A DNA stretch of 64,000 nt from Candidatus Omnitrophica bacterium UBA6215 (GCA_002421665.1 DISH01000001.1:69410-133409); one strand, 5' to 3'. Positions 51,843 through 62,352 are shown, counted from the stretch's first letter. Notes: generated by a model not told the origin, from the letters alone. Made by a program: numbers and translations.

Positions 51843-53546
51843 ATGAGATGGACCAGGACGCTTATCCCGACACTTAAGGAAGACCCGGCGGACGCCGAGA
51901 TACTCAGCCACAAACTGATGATACGCGCGGGGCTCATCCGCAAGCTCGCGACGGGCTCTTATTCATACCTGCCGCTCGGCATGCGTGTAATAAATAAGGT
52001 CGAGGCGATCATCCGCGAGGAGATGGACAGGGCCGGTGCCCTGGAAGTAATGTTGCCGGCGGTCCAGCCGATAGAGCTTTGGCAGCAGACTGGCCGCGAC
52101 GCTGATTATGGCGAGACGATGGCGAAGTTCAAGGACAGGCACGGCCACACGAATGTCCTTGCGCCGACGGCGGAGGAAGTGATAACAAGTGTCGCCGCGG
52201 GCGAGATAAAGTCCTACAAGCAACTTCCGATAAACCTTTACCAGATATCTTTCAAGTTCCGTGACGAGTTCCGCCCGCGCTTCGGCGTGCTGCGCAGCCG
52301 CGAGTTCATAATGAAAGATTCCTACAGTTTCCACCCGACGCCAGAGTGCCTCGACAAGGAATACTGGAACATGTACGAGACGTATAAGCGCATCTTCACG
52401 CGCTGCGGGCTCGATTTCGTGATAGTCGAGGCCGAGTCCGGCGAGATGGGCGGCTCGGGCTCACACCAGTTCACCGCGCCGTGCGATTCCGGCGAGGACA
52501 TGATCGTCTATACGGAAGATAACTCTTACGCCGCGAACCTCGAGAAGGCCGCGGTAGACCCATTGCCGAAAGAACAGGCCGTCGCCAACGCTCCGAAGGC
52601 CGAGGATGTCCATACACCTGACGTCGGTTCGATAGAGGCGGTCTGCGCGTTTCTGAAGACGAAGCCGAAGGATATGATAAAGACGCTTATATTCTCGGTA
52701 GACAAGGATATCGTCGTAGCGCTTGTCCGCGGCGACCATGACCTCAATCCCGAGAAGCTGACCCAGGCACTCGGCGGAAAGCACAACGAATTAGCCGCTC
52801 CGGCGGTCATCGAGCAGGTGACGGGGGCGAAGGTTGGCTTTGCAGGGCCGGTCGGCCTCGCGGAAAAAGTTTCAAAATTGATTATCGATCATGCGGTTGC
52901 GGCCATGGCGATAGGCGTCACCGGAGCCAACAAGACCGATCACCACACGAAGAACGTCGTTCCCGGAAGGGATTTCCCGCTCTCGGGCGCGAATATTATA
53001 ATAACCGATATCCGCAACGCCGTCGAAGGCGACACCCACGGCGGCAAGAAGCTGCTCTTCAAGCGAGGCATCGAAGTAGGGCAGGTATTCAAGCTCGGGA
53101 CAAAGTATTCCGTAAAGCTCAAATGCAACTTCCTCGACGAGAACGGCAAGGAGAAGCCCTGCATCATGGGCTGCTACGGCATCGGCGTCAACCGCATCGT
53201 TGCCTCGCTCATCGAGCAGAGCCACGACAAGGACGGAATAATCTGGAACAAAACAATAGCCCCATATACAGTCGCAATACTCCCGCTCAACACCGCGCAC
53301 CAGGCATCAATGCAGGCAGCCGAGCAGATCTATAAAGAGCTGACGGCCGCAGGGATTGAATGCATCCTCGACGACCGCCCCGAACGCGCCGGAGTCAAGT
53401 TTAAGGACTCCGACCTCATCGGCTTCCCGATACAAATAATCATAGGTGAAAAACGCATTGCCACCGGCGAGGTGGAGATTAAGGACCGCAAGACGAAGGA
53501 AATTAAGGTCGTCAAGGTTTCCGAAGTAAAAGGGGACGTGTCATAA
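51843..53546 (+). CDS. proS: proline--tRNA ligase (bacterial type with editing domain)
   Basis: MRWTRTLIPTLKEDPADAEILSHKLMIRAGLIRKLA...SYSYLPLG are ProS motifs and the protein is 567 aa. Confidence 0.9.
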   Translation: MRWTRTLIPTLKEDPADAEILSHKLMIRAGLIRKLATGSYSYLPLGMRVINKVEAIIREEMDRAGALEVMLPAVQPIELWQQTGRDADYGETMAKFKDRHGHTNVLAPTAEEVITSVAAGEIKSYKQLPINLYQISFKFRDEFRPRFGVLRSREFIMKDSYSFHPTPECLDKEYWNMYETYKRIFTRCGLDFVIVEAESGEMGGSGSHQFTAPCDSGEDMIVYTEDNSYAANLEKAAVDPLPKEQAVANAPKAEDVHTPDVGSIEAVCAFLKTKPKDMIKTLIFSVDKDIVVALVRGDHDLNPEKLTQALGGKHNELAAPAVIEQVTGAKVGFAGPVGLAEKVSKLIIDHAVAAMAIGVTGANKTDHHTKNVVPGRDFPLSGANIIITDIRNAVEGDTHGGKKLLFKRGIEVGQVFKLGTKYSVKLKCNFLDENGKEKPCIMGCYGIGVNRIVASLIEQSHDKDGIIWNKTIAPYTVAILPLNTAHQASMQAAEQIYKELTAAGIECILDDRPERAGVKFKDSDLIGFPIQIIIGEKRIATGEVEIKDRKTKEIKVVKVSEVKGDVS

Positions 53547-53732
53547 AGGGACAGGTTACATGCAATATGTGATTAACCTTGTTTCATGGTGGATAGAATA
53601 ATACTCCAGGGAGCAGATGCAAAAACTGTCAGGACCGCAGTCCGCAACGCAAATCTCATAACATACAGTCTTATGGCGTTGTGCCTGTTCATCTTGCTGG
53701 TGAAGAGGGTTTTAACTTTATAAGGAGGGCTT

Positions 53733-54659
53733 ATGTCAGACAAACCCGACATAATAAGCCGCGAGGAGATAGATGAGCTGCAGGCGACGGTGAAATTCCT
53801 TGCCTTCAAGGACGGCCGTCGTCTGGCATATTACGAATACGGGGACCCGTCCGGGACGCCTATAATCTTTGCCCACGGGACCGGCTCGCACGTCCATGTG
53901 ATGCTCCTGCATCACGCGGCCAAGCGCAAAAATTTCCGCATTATAGTGCCCGACCGTCCCGGGGTGGGGCAGTCGGATTTCCAGCCCGGCAGAAAGATTC
54001 TCGACGGAGCCGCGGATATCGCAGCGCTTGCGGACCATCTGGATATCGGAAAGTTTGGCGTCATGGGGATATCAGGAGGCGGCCCAACGGTTCTGGCATG
54101 CGCATACTCACTGGCCGACAGGCTGCTATTCGCAGTTGACCTTGCGGGCGCCGTTCCTTTATACAGGGACCCTGAGGCGCTCAAGAAGCTCGGAACGATG
54201 GACCGTTTCTACGCGAAGATAGGCGCAAAACTGCCCTTGTGGCTCTTCCAGGTCCCGTTCTCGCTCATCGGGTTCCAGATGAGGACGATGAAGAGTCCGC
54301 AGGCGTTCGTCAAGATGATGGGCTCGAGCATGTGCAAGCCCGATATGGACCTGTTTCTTATGCCGGACATGGCCTATATCCTGATGAGGGATTTCCAGGA
54401 GTTGTTCCTGAAAGGGGCCAAAGGGCCCTCATACGACGCGCAAGTCATCTATCTCGACTGGGGTTTTGACCTGAGCAAGATAAAGGCGCGTGTCGAGATA
54501 CGCCACGGCACGGAAGACCTATGGGTCCCCCTGATGTTCAGCGAGTGGCTTTCGAAGACCGTCCTGGGCGCGAGGCTTACGGCAATATCCGGGCAGGGCC
54601 ATTTTTACCACATGGCTTACGGAGACGAGACCCTTGGCGCGGCCAGAGAACTTTTGTAG
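53733..54659 (+). CDS. alpha/beta-fold hydrolase
   Basis: The nucleophile elbow GISGG and the IIFAHGTGSH oxyanion region are present. A GGAGGG RBS lies upstream. Confidence 0.75.
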   Translation: MSDKPDIISREEIDELQATVKFLAFKDGRRLAYYEYGDPSGTPIIFAHGTGSHVHVMLLHHAAKRKNFRIIVPDRPGVGQSDFQPGRKILDGAADIAALADHLDIGKFGVMGISGGGPTVLACAYSLADRLLFAVDLAGAVPLYRDPEALKKLGTMDRFYAKIGAKLPLWLFQVPFSLIGFQMRTMKSPQAFVKMMGSSMCKPDMDLFLMPDMAYILMRDFQELFLKGAKGPSYDAQVIYLDWGFDLSKIKARVEIRHGTEDLWVPLMFSEWLSKTVLGARLTAISGQGHFYHMAYGDETLGAARELL

Positions 54660-54683
54660 GCCGTTTTTCTCGCGGTGTATAAA
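54654..54683 (+). promoter_or_regulatory. candidate sigma70 promoter for the TPR gene
   Basis: TTGTAG, an 18-nt spacer, then TATAAA. This is the reason the ATG at 54693 is preferred over the GTG at 54675. Confidence 0.35.
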
Positions 54684-54692
54684 CACGTTTTT

Positions 54693-55742
54693 ATGAATAA
54701 AATGAAACCATTAATAATACTGCTCATCACTTTGGTATTGTTATCCGGTTCCCGCGTTTGCCGTTCTGAAAGCGAGGTCGAAGAAGAGCTTACCGCCCGC
54801 GAGCATTTTAACAAGGGCATCGTCTATTTCAATAAGCACGAATACGATCACTCCATCCTCCAGTTCACCAAAGCCATCCAGATGAACCCGCAATTCTGCG
54901 ACGCTTTCAAGCAGAGAGGAAACGCGTTCCTGAAGATAGGGGACTACGAAAGGGCTATCTGGGATTACGACCGCGCGATAGAGCTCAACCCTAAATACCC
55001 GAACCTTTACCTGAACCGCGGTTCCGCGTACCTCAGGTTAGACAACACCGAAAAGGCCATTGCCGATTACACAAAAGCCCTCGAACTCGATTCTGCCTTC
55101 ACTATGGTCCACGAAGGCCGCGCGAACATATATAGGGACCTGCACGAATACGACAAGGCGATAGCGGATTATACCAAGATCATCGAGCTTGAACCGACCA
55201 ACGCGAAGGCGTTTTATAAGCGCGGGTATATGTACCTCGAAAAGAAGGAATATGCGAAAGCCATCAACAGCTTTAACAGCGCGCTTAGCCTTAACCCGAA
55301 ATACTATAATGCCCGCTTCGACAGGGCGCTGGCGTTTTCCGGCAAAGGCGACCTGGACAGGGCGATATCTGAGTATGACAAGTTGATAAAAGAATACCCG
55401 GACAACAGCAATACATACCTCGCGTATAACAACCGCGGTTATGAATATTTCATTAAGGGCGACAATGAATCGGCAATAAAGGATTATTACGCGTCGCTGG
55501 TCCTGAACCCGTACAACGTCGACGCTTATGATAATATCGGGATATCATATTACCTGACCGGCAGGTATGAGTTTGCAAAAGAGTCGTTCGAAATGGCGGT
55601 CGAGTTGGGCTCCGTATGCTATGAATGTTATTATTATCTCGGTGAGATGTATGAGAAGGAAGGCGAAGCCGAAAAGGCCGCTATGTATAAAGAGAAAGCG
55701 CTGAAGTATAAACGAGCGGAGGATGGAAATGAGCAGGATTAG
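54693..55742 (+). CDS. TPR-repeat protein with N-terminal signal peptide
   Basis: At least seven TPR-like 34-aa repeats (AYNNRGYEYFIKGDNESAIKDY... and similar) are present, following a signal peptide. Confidence 0.75.
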   Translation: MNKMKPLIILLITLVLLSGSRVCRSESEVEEELTAREHFNKGIVYFNKHEYDHSILQFTKAIQMNPQFCDAFKQRGNAFLKIGDYERAIWDYDRAIELNPKYPNLYLNRGSAYLRLDNTEKAIADYTKALELDSAFTMVHEGRANIYRDLHEYDKAIADYTKIIELEPTNAKAFYKRGYMYLEKKEYAKAINSFNSALSLNPKYYNARFDRALAFSGKGDLDRAISEYDKLIKEYPDNSNTYLAYNNRGYEYFIKGDNESAIKDYYASLVLNPYNVDAYDNIGISYYLTGRYEFAKESFEMAVELGSVCYECYYYLGEMYEKEGEAEKAAMYKEKALKYKRAEDGNEQD

Positions 55743-56334
55743 ATTTTGCATTATGGTTGTGTTATTATCGGTGTTATCGTCTTTTTCCGGCTATGCTAAA
55801 GCAAGCACTATCTTATACTACACGAGCTCGCCTTTTAGTTATGTAGGCGACGGCGAGACCGTTGCGGTCACAAGGGAGGACGGGTTCGGCTTTTTTGCTT
55901 CACGCAATTACTATAACGGTGTGTCGTTCTATATAAATGACTATGCGACAAATCCGGACCTTCAGGACCAAAGGAGTTTCAACCTGGATTTTGCCGCACC
56001 TTATAATGCCGTTCTTCTCCCGGGACACTACGCTGATGCTACCAGGTTTCCTTTTCAGGAAGAGGCCTATCCGGGATTAAGTTTCTCCGGTAATGGCCGA
56101 GGTGACAATACATTGCTTGGATATTTTGACGTCTATGAGGTAACCTATGGTGTTCATGACGAAGTGCTGACTTTTGCGGCTGATTTCGTCCAATATGACG
56201 AAGGTTTTGAGGACGCATGGAACAAGGGAAGCATTAGGTACAATTCGGACTATCCCATCCCCGAACCCTCTACCCTCGCGCTGCTTCTTGCGGGCCTGCC
56301 GTTGCTGGGCATCAGGAAAAGATCCGGCAGATAA
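55723..56334 (+). CDS. PEP-CTERM sorting-domain protein
   Basis: A signal peptide is present and the C-terminus reads PIPEPSTLALLLAGLPLLGIRKRSGR (PEP motif, TM helix, basic tail). Confidence 0.7.
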   Translation: MEMSRIRFCIMVVLLSVLSSFSGYAKASTILYYTSSPFSYVGDGETVAVTREDGFGFFASRNYYNGVSFYINDYATNPDLQDQRSFNLDFAAPYNAVLLPGHYADATRFPFQEEAYPGLSFSGNGRGDNTLLGYFDVYEVTYGVHDEVLTFAADFVQYDEGFEDAWNKGSIRYNSDYPIPEPSTLALLLAGLPLLGIRKRSGR

Positions 56335-56360
56335 ATTTCAGCCGTTGATATGGCCGGATG

Positions 56361-56369
56361 TGATATAAT
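56361..56369 (+). promoter_or_regulatory. extended -10 promoter element (TGnTATAAT)
   Basis: TGATATAAT is followed 17 nt later by an AAGGAGAA RBS and the ATG at 56397. Confidence 0.45.
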
Positions 56370-56396
56370 ACCGGTAAATTAACCCAAGGAGAACCC

Positions 56397-58424
56397 ATGA
56401 AAAAATCCGCTATTATAATCACTGTCATATCCGTCGCAGTTGCCGCGGGCGTCCTTTTCTCGCTTGCGTCCAAACCGGCCCCTATCGAGTCGATACTCCC
56501 GGCGGATGCCGCGCTTTTTGTCAAATTTTCCAACGTTGACAGGCAGGTGAAAGAGATAAAGGCCTCCAGGCTTTACAAGAATATAGAGAAGATAGACGTC
56601 GACATGCTCCTGGAGAAGAGCGGGGCCAAGAAAGAGGACATTGAGAATTTCAAGGCCGCCAGAACGGAGATGTCGAGTTTCATAACCGGCCTTGTCCTTG
56701 ATAAATACTTCGGTAAGGAGATATCCGTTGCGGTATATCCAGTCAAATCGGTGGAATTCACCCCGGATGCCTTGCCGCGCATGCTCTCGAACGTGACATT
56801 GGTTACCAGGGTCAAGCCCGAGGTGAATTTCATAGATTTCATTTCCAAGGTCCTCAACAAGGCCGGGAAGAAATACGAACTTGCCGAGGAGAACTACAGG
56901 AATTATAAGATCACGGTCATTAAACTCGACGACAAATTCAACATCGCCTATGTGAAGATAAAGGACCTGCTCGTGGTCGGAGTCGACAGGAAAGCCGCGA
57001 TGGCCGCCTGCGACATATCCGACAAGAAACTTCTTTCCCTGGCCCAGGACAAGAACTATATTGCCGCTATGTCAAAACTTCCAAAGGGCGCGGATACTAT
57101 TGCCTACAGTAATATCGGTTTGGCGGTAGGCGGTATAAAAGAGCTCCTCCTTTCCGCCTCGAGGACTTTTGGTACCGGTCAGACGGCCGAGCAGAGGCAG
57201 GTTTTTGAGGCGCAGATCGACAAGAGCACGGGTATTTACTCGGGTTTCAAGACCTTCAGCTACGCCAAATATCCCGGAAAGATAGTCAAGGAGAGGATGG
57301 CGGTCAATATCGACAGGTCCAGGCTCGATCCTATGTTCAAGGGGTTTTACTCGGTCAAGGCGCGCAAGGACACCGCCCTGAGGTTTGCCCCGGCCAACGC
57401 ACTTGTATATGACTGGAATACCTTCGATTGGAAATCTTACTGGGCTTATATCAAGAATGATCTCAGCAAGGACCCCGGCATGAACAAACAGGGGCTGACC
57501 TTTAGCGATATGGTCTCCGGTTTTGAGAAACAGATCGGCATGAGCGTGGAGAAGGACCTTATCCCGGCCCTTGGAGACGAGACGGGCCTTGTCCTCACTG
57601 ACATAAACCTCGACGGTATGATCCCGATGCCAAATATCGTGCTCTTCGCGAAGGTAGACAAGAAGCCCGTATTCGACAAAGCGCTGTCCAACCTTATCCC
57701 GGCTAATGTTCAATCATCCCTGCAGACCGAAAGCTATAAGGGTGTGGACATAAAATATCTTGCCTTGCCGTTCGGGCTTGCTTTCCAGCCGGCTTACGGA
57801 TATGTCGGTGATTACTTCCTGATCTCGCTTGGCCGCGAATCCATAAAAGGCTCCGTAGACTCATATTCCGGTGCGGGCAAGTCGCTCTTTGAGGACCCCG
57901 ATTTCAAGGCCGTCAATAACGGCCTTATGGAACCGTCCAATAAAGTATCTTTTATCAGGACCGGCGCCCTTATGCAGAAGGTCAAGGGCTTGTGCGACTG
58001 GGGCTTCAGGTGGCTTTCATTCATGAGCGAGCAGCAGAAAAAATACAAGGTAATGGTCGATTCCCAGGTCAACAAGCTGAAAGAGGACATACAGGCGACC
58101 GAAGAAGAGGTAGCCGACCTTAAGGTTAAGAAAGAGGACCCTGCCACGACGCCTGAGGCTGCCGCCAAGATAGATTCCGACATAAAAGAGAGAGAAGATA
58201 TGATATCCATGCATAGGGAACAGATTGACCAGCTCTTGGTTAATAACCAGCAGCAGAATAAGGGTTCCCTTGCCGACCTGGATATGTCGCTTGTCAGGAT
58301 ATACCTGGAAAACGCTTTGTATCCCGTACTCGACGGCATGCAGTCGCTTAAGGCCTCAGGTTCAAGGACTATTTATGCCGGGGACTCCATATGGACAGAG
58401 TGTTTCTCCGAGATATCGGAATAG
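56397..58424 (+). CDS. large membrane-anchored hypothetical protein (DUF3352-like)
   Basis: The 675-aa protein has a single N-terminal TM helix (IIITVISVAVAAGVLF), a large extracytoplasmic domain and a C-terminal coiled-coil (QATEEEVADLKVKKEDP...). Family assignment is tentative. Confidence 0.5.
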   Translation: MKKSAIIITVISVAVAAGVLFSLASKPAPIESILPADAALFVKFSNVDRQVKEIKASRLYKNIEKIDVDMLLEKSGAKKEDIENFKAARTEMSSFITGLVLDKYFGKEISVAVYPVKSVEFTPDALPRMLSNVTLVTRVKPEVNFIDFISKVLNKAGKKYELAEENYRNYKITVIKLDDKFNIAYVKIKDLLVVGVDRKAAMAACDISDKKLLSLAQDKNYIAAMSKLPKGADTIAYSNIGLAVGGIKELLLSASRTFGTGQTAEQRQVFEAQIDKSTGIYSGFKTFSYAKYPGKIVKERMAVNIDRSRLDPMFKGFYSVKARKDTALRFAPANALVYDWNTFDWKSYWAYIKNDLSKDPGMNKQGLTFSDMVSGFEKQIGMSVEKDLIPALGDETGLVLTDINLDGMIPMPNIVLFAKVDKKPVFDKALSNLIPANVQSSLQTESYKGVDIKYLALPFGLAFQPAYGYVGDYFLISLGRESIKGSVDSYSGAGKSLFEDPDFKAVNNGLMEPSNKVSFIRTGALMQKVKGLCDWGFRWLSFMSEQQKKYKVMVDSQVNKLKEDIQATEEEVADLKVKKEDPATTPEAAAKIDSDIKEREDMISMHREQIDQLLVNNQQQNKGSLADLDMSLVRIYLENALYPVLDGMQSLKASGSRTIYAGDSIWTECFSEISE

Positions 58425-58460
58425 GGGCGTATTTCGAGGAAGAAGCCCTTAAAAAACCCC

Positions 58461-58489
58461 TTGACAGGCCCGTCCGCACGTAGTATAAA
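58461..58489 (+). promoter_or_regulatory. strong sigma70-like promoter upstream of rimP-nusA-infB
   Basis: TTGACA (58461-58466), a 17-nt spacer, then TATAAA (58484-58489). Confidence 0.6.
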
Positions 58490-58519
58490 TATATCTACGA
58501 CAATTTAAGTCCACTACAC

Positions 58520-58566
58520 AAGGAGGAGTGGGTAAGTTCTGCCTCCTTTTTTTGTTGTCTTTTTTC
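58520..58566 (+). terminator. intrinsic-terminator-like hairpin plus U-tract in the rimP leader (putative attenuator)
   Basis: AAGGAGG-agtgggtaagttctg-CCTCCTT is followed by TTTTTTGTTGTCTTTTTT. It lies about 25 nt downstream of the predicted TSS and about 20 nt upstream of the rimP ATG. Confidence 0.55.
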
Positions 58567-58586
58567 GGTTTTATACCCGGACAGGC

Positions 58587-59051
58587 ATGGAAGATAACGT
58601 TATTCTGGAAAAGATAAAGGAATTGGCCGCTCCGGCCCTTTCCGAGGCCGGCGTTGAGCTCGTGGACCTTATTTACCGGCACGAAAGCGGGGGTATGGTC
58701 CTGCGTTTTACCGTCGATAAGGCCGGAGGCATAAGCATAGGCGAGTGCAGCGGTCTGAGCAGGAAGATAGAGGCCCTGATCGAAGGGGCGAATGTTATCG
58801 ATAGCCGTTACATGCTTGAAGTACAGTCACCCGGGCTTGACAGGAAGCTTGCCGGGACGAGTGATTTTGAAAGGGTGATAGGCAAGGATCTCGACATCAT
58901 CCTGAACGCGCCCGTGGACGGGAAATGGGAATATACGGCCGCGCTCAAATGGGTAGGTGAAGAAAGCATAAAGATAGAGCTTGCGGACGGGAGGGAAGTT
59001 ACCGTGCCGCGCGAAGCTATAGTCAAAGCGAAGCTGCATCTGGAATTTTAG
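58587..59051 (+). CDS. rimP: ribosome maturation factor RimP
   Basis: The 154-aa protein matches the RimP pattern (LSEAGVELVDLIYRHESGGMVLRFTVDK) and lies upstream of nusA. Confidence 0.85.
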   Translation: MEDNVILEKIKELAAPALSEAGVELVDLIYRHESGGMVLRFTVDKAGGISIGECSGLSRKIEALIEGANVIDSRYMLEVQSPGLDRKLAGTSDFERVIGKDLDIILNAPVDGKWEYTAALKWVGEESIKIELADGREVTVPREAIVKAKLHLEF

Positions 59052-59062
59052 AGGGCACAACG

Positions 59063-60250
59063 ATGAACGGAGAATTACTTACAGTACTGGACCATCTCGA
59101 AAGGGATAAGGGTATAGACCGTGAAGTGCTCATGACGGCCGTCGAGAGCGCGCTTGTAAGCGCAGCCAAGAAGGCCCTGGGGACGCAGTCCGACGACGTT
59201 ACGGTCAAGATAGACAGGAAGACCGGCGAGATAAAGGTTTACTCCGGCACCAAAGAAGTAAAGTCCGAGGATTTCGGCCGTATAGCCGCTCAGACCGCAA
59301 AGCAGATCATAATACAAAAGATCCGCGAAGCGGAGCGCGATGTCATATTCACCGATTACAACAACCGCGTCGGCAACGTTGTCAACGGCACGGTATATCG
59401 TTTCGAGAAAGGCAATATAATAGTCGATCTCGGCAAGACGGAGGGATTCATACCGAAGTCCGAGCAGTCGCCTAAGGAAAATTTCAGGCAGGGAGACAGG
59501 ATAAAGGCCCATGTCCTGGAGGTAAAGAAAACCGGTAAGGGCCCGCAGATAGTGCTTTCTCGCGCCAATCCCGGCCTCGTCAAGAAGCTTTTCGAGCTTG
59601 AGATCCCCGAAATATACGAGGGTATTGTCGAGATAAAGTCTATCTCCAGGGAAGCCGGGGACAGGACGAAGATAGCGGTATTCTCCAAGGATGAGAAAAT
59701 AGATTGCGTGGGTGCCTGCGTCGGCATGAGGGGTTCCCGCGTCAAGAATATAGTAAAAGAACTGCAGGGTGAAAAGATAGATATCGTCCGCTGGAGCGAC
59801 GATATCAAGGAATATATAATCGCGGCGCTGAACCCCGCGAAGATCTCCACCCTGAAACTGGATAAAGAGGCGAAGACTGCGCTGGTCACGGTAGACGACG
59901 ACCAGCTCAGCCTTGCCATAGGCAAGAAGGGGCAGAATGTCAGGCTCGCTTCGAAACTTACGGGCTGGGAGATAGATATCAAGCCGAAGAACATTCCTGC
60001 TGAAGGCGATGCGAAGGCCGCGGCGGAAGCCGTATTGGCGGAACCTTCCGCGCAAGAAGGGATTTCAGGGGATATTTCATCGGTAGAAGGTGTGGGCGAG
60101 AAGACCAAGGCGCTTCTGGTTGAGGCGGGTCTCGACACGGTCGCAAAGATAGCCGCTTCTTCGGTAGAGGAGTTGACCAAGGTCAAGGGTATAGGCGAGA
60201 AGACGGCCGAAAAGATACTTAACAGCGCGAAAGAGCTGGCGAATAAATAA
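59063..60250 (+). CDS. nusA: transcription termination/antitermination factor NusA
   Basis: An N-terminal domain is followed by an S1 domain, two KH domains ([15 protein letters not shown]) and a C-terminal HhH region. Confidence 0.9.
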   Translation: MNGELLTVLDHLERDKGIDREVLMTAVESALVSAAKKALGTQSDDVTVKIDRKTGEIKVYSGTKEVKSEDFGRIAAQTAKQIIIQKIREAERDVIFTDYNNRVGNVVNGTVYRFEKGNIIVDLGKTEGFIPKSEQSPKENFRQGDRIKAHVLEVKKTGKGPQIVLSRANPGLVKKLFELEIPEIYEGIVEIKSISREAGDRTKIAVFSKDEKIDCVGACVGMRGSRVKNIVKELQGEKIDIVRWSDDIKEYIIAALNPAKISTLKLDKEAKTALVTVDDDQLSLAIGKKGQNVRLASKLTGWEIDIKPKNIPAEGDAKAAAEAVLAEPSAQEGISGDISSVEGVGEKTKALLVEAGLDTVAKIAASSVEELTKVKGIGEKTAEKILNSAKELANK

Positions 60251-62352
60251 TGAAAAAAACAAAAGAAGACGCTAAGAAAGAAGAGGTCAAGAAGACAAAG
60301 AAAGTTGAGCCGAAGGCCAAGGTAAAACCCGCGGCAAAAGCCGCGAAAACGCCAAAGCCGGTAAAGGTTAAAAAACCGGCCAAGCCCAAGGCTCCTGTAA
60401 AGGAAAAGGAGAAAGCGGCTGCTCCTGCGAAAGCGAAGAAAGTTGCCTTTACTAAACCCGAACCGGTAAAGATTGAACCGGTAAAGGTAGAGACGGTCAA
60501 GCCGGCGCCTCTTCCTGAGCCAAAGGCGGTCAAGCCGCCCGCACAGCCCTCAGTGCCTGTTGTGCCTGCTGCTCCGGTCGTACCTGCCGTAAAGAAGGAA
60601 CCGCAGAAGATAGTCGCAAAGTTCCCCATGACGATCAAAGACCTCGCTGCGAAGATAAATGCGAGGCCAAACGACATTATCATGCGTCTCATGAAGCTCA
60701 AGATAATGGCCACTATAAACCAGGCTATTGACATTGACGCGGCCAACCTTATCTCGGCGGATTTCGGGTTTGAGTTCGAGAAACCGCTGAGCCAAGAAGA
60801 AGAGATATTAAAGGCTTTCGAAGTGGTGGATAAGGCCAAGATGGTCCACCGCGCGCCTGTAGTTACGCTTATGGGGCACGTGGACCACGGCAAGACCTCC
60901 CTGCTCGACGCTATAAGGAAGTCAAGCCTGACCGATAAAGAATCCGGAGGCATTACCCAGCATATAGGAGCGTATGAGGTCAAGGTCGGGAAAGGGCATG
61001 TAACCTTCCTCGATACCCCGGGCCACGAAGCTTTTACCGCCATGCGCGCCCGCGGCGCCCAGGCTACGGATATTGTTATACTGGTAGTAGCCGCCGATGA
61101 CGGTGTCATGCCCCAGACAAAAGAGGCCATAGATCACGCAAAGGCGGCGGAAGTTCCTATCGTCGTCGCCTTGAACAAGATAGACAAGCCCGAAGCGGAC
61201 CCGGACAAGGTCAAGAAACAGCTTATGGAGCTGGGGCTCATGTCGGAAGATTGGGGCGGCAAGACTATAATGATGGGCGTTTCCGCCAAGACAGGAAAGG
61301 GCATCGAGGAGCTGCTCGAGATGATACTGCTTGAGGCCGAGATGCTCGAGTTAAAAGCCGATCCTTCAGGTATGTCCAAAGGCGTTGTCATAGAAGGAAA
61401 GATATCGAAGGGCGGCGGGCCTATAGCTACCGTCCTGGTCCAGAAGGGGACATTGAAACCCGGTGATATAGTTGTCGCGGGACTGCATTACGGGAAGATA
61501 AGGGCCATGATCAATGACCTTGGCCACAGGGTGGACGAAGCTCCCCCGTCAAAGCCGGTCGAGCTCCTGGGTCTGGCAGGTGTGCCAGAGGCAGGCGATA
61601 TATTCTTTACCGTTCCGGACGAAAAGACCGCCAGGGAAGTCGTAGAAAAGCGTCGGCAGGAAGCGAAAGCGGCCCAGATGCAGCCGGTCAAGAGGATAAC
61701 GCTCGAAGAGCTTTCCCAACAGGTCAAAGAAGGCAAGGCCAAGGAACTTAAGATCATCGTGAAGGCTGATGTGCAAGGTTCGGTCGAAGCGCTCGAGCAG
61801 TCGCTCAAGGGTCTCGAGACTGCCGATGTAAAGCTCGATGTAATACATTCCGGCGTCGGCAGTATCAATGAGTCCGACGTGATGCTTGCTGCCGCGTCTA
61901 ACGCGATCATAATAGGTTTCCATGTTGAATATACGCCGGAAGGCGAGGAGAAAGCCGGGCTTGAGAAAGTCGATGTAAGGCTTTACAGGATCATCTATGA
62001 GGCAATAAATGACGTTAAGAGCGCCATGGAAGGTATGCTGGATCCGACGGTTTCGGAAGTATTCGTCGGACGTGCAGACGTGCGCCAGGTGTTCAAAGTA
62101 TCCAAGTCGGGGACCATAGCCGGCTGTTTTGTCGCGAAGGGGAAGGTTATAAGGAACGCCGGCTGCCGCCTCTGGAGGGAGAAAGAAAAGATATACGAAG
62201 GAAAGGTATCTTCCGTCAAGCGCTTCAAGGAAGACGTCAAGGAAGTCGCCGAGGGATTTGAGTGCGGTATCGCGCTGAGCAATTTCGACGACCTTAAGAT
62301 AGGAGACGTTATAGAAGTTTTTGAGCTCAGGAAGACCGCGAGGAAGCTTTAA
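60250..62352 (+). CDS. infB: translation initiation factor IF-2
   Basis: A K/A/P-rich N-terminal region precedes the G domain ([24 protein letters not shown]) and the C-terminal beta-barrels. Confidence 0.95.
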   Translation: MKKTKEDAKKEEVKKTKKVEPKAKVKPAAKAAKTPKPVKVKKPAKPKAPVKEKEKAAAPAKAKKVAFTKPEPVKIEPVKVETVKPAPLPEPKAVKPPAQPSVPVVPAAPVVPAVKKEPQKIVAKFPMTIKDLAAKINARPNDIIMRLMKLKIMATINQAIDIDAANLISADFGFEFEKPLSQEEEILKAFEVVDKAKMVHRAPVVTLMGHVDHGKTSLLDAIRKSSLTDKESGGITQHIGAYEVKVGKGHVTFLDTPGHEAFTAMRARGAQATDIVILVVAADDGVMPQTKEAIDHAKAAEVPIVVALNKIDKPEADPDKVKKQLMELGLMSEDWGGKTIMMGVSAKTGKGIEELLEMILLEAEMLELKADPSGMSKGVVIEGKISKGGGPIATVLVQKGTLKPGDIVVAGLHYGKIRAMINDLGHRVDEAPPSKPVELLGLAGVPEAGDIFFTVPDEKTAREVVEKRRQEAKAAQMQPVKRITLEELSQQVKEGKAKELKIIVKADVQGSVEALEQSLKGLETADVKLDVIHSGVGSINESDVMLAAASNAIIIGFHVEYTPEGEEKAGLEKVDVRLYRIIYEAINDVKSAMEGMLDPTVSEVFVGRADVRQVFKVSKSGTIAGCFVAKGKVIRNAGCRLWREKEKIYEGKVSSVKRFKEDVKEVAEGFECGIALSNFDDLKIGDVIEVFELRKTARKL

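Noticed and set aside
51628-51846. Second + strand ORF (72 aa) overlapping the 3' end of the small membrane protein in the AT-rich islet
   Set aside because: It is in a different frame, overlaps the better-supported 109-aa ORF, and runs into the proS start. Its high Leu/Ile/Lys content is most likely a by-product of the AT-rich composition.
53573-53809. 78-aa minus-strand ORF spanning the proS-hydrolase intergenic region
   Set aside because: No RBS or promoter is evident. It overlaps the hydrolase start and has no recognisable features, so it is probably spurious.
60280-60620. Imperfect short DNA repeats (ccggtaaagg... and aagccc... units) that could be mistaken for a repeat array
   Set aside because: They encode the Lys/Ala/Pro-rich low-complexity N-terminal region of IF2 (KPxK repeats). 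They are coding, of unequal length, and not separated by unique spacers, so this is not a CRISPR or other repeat array.
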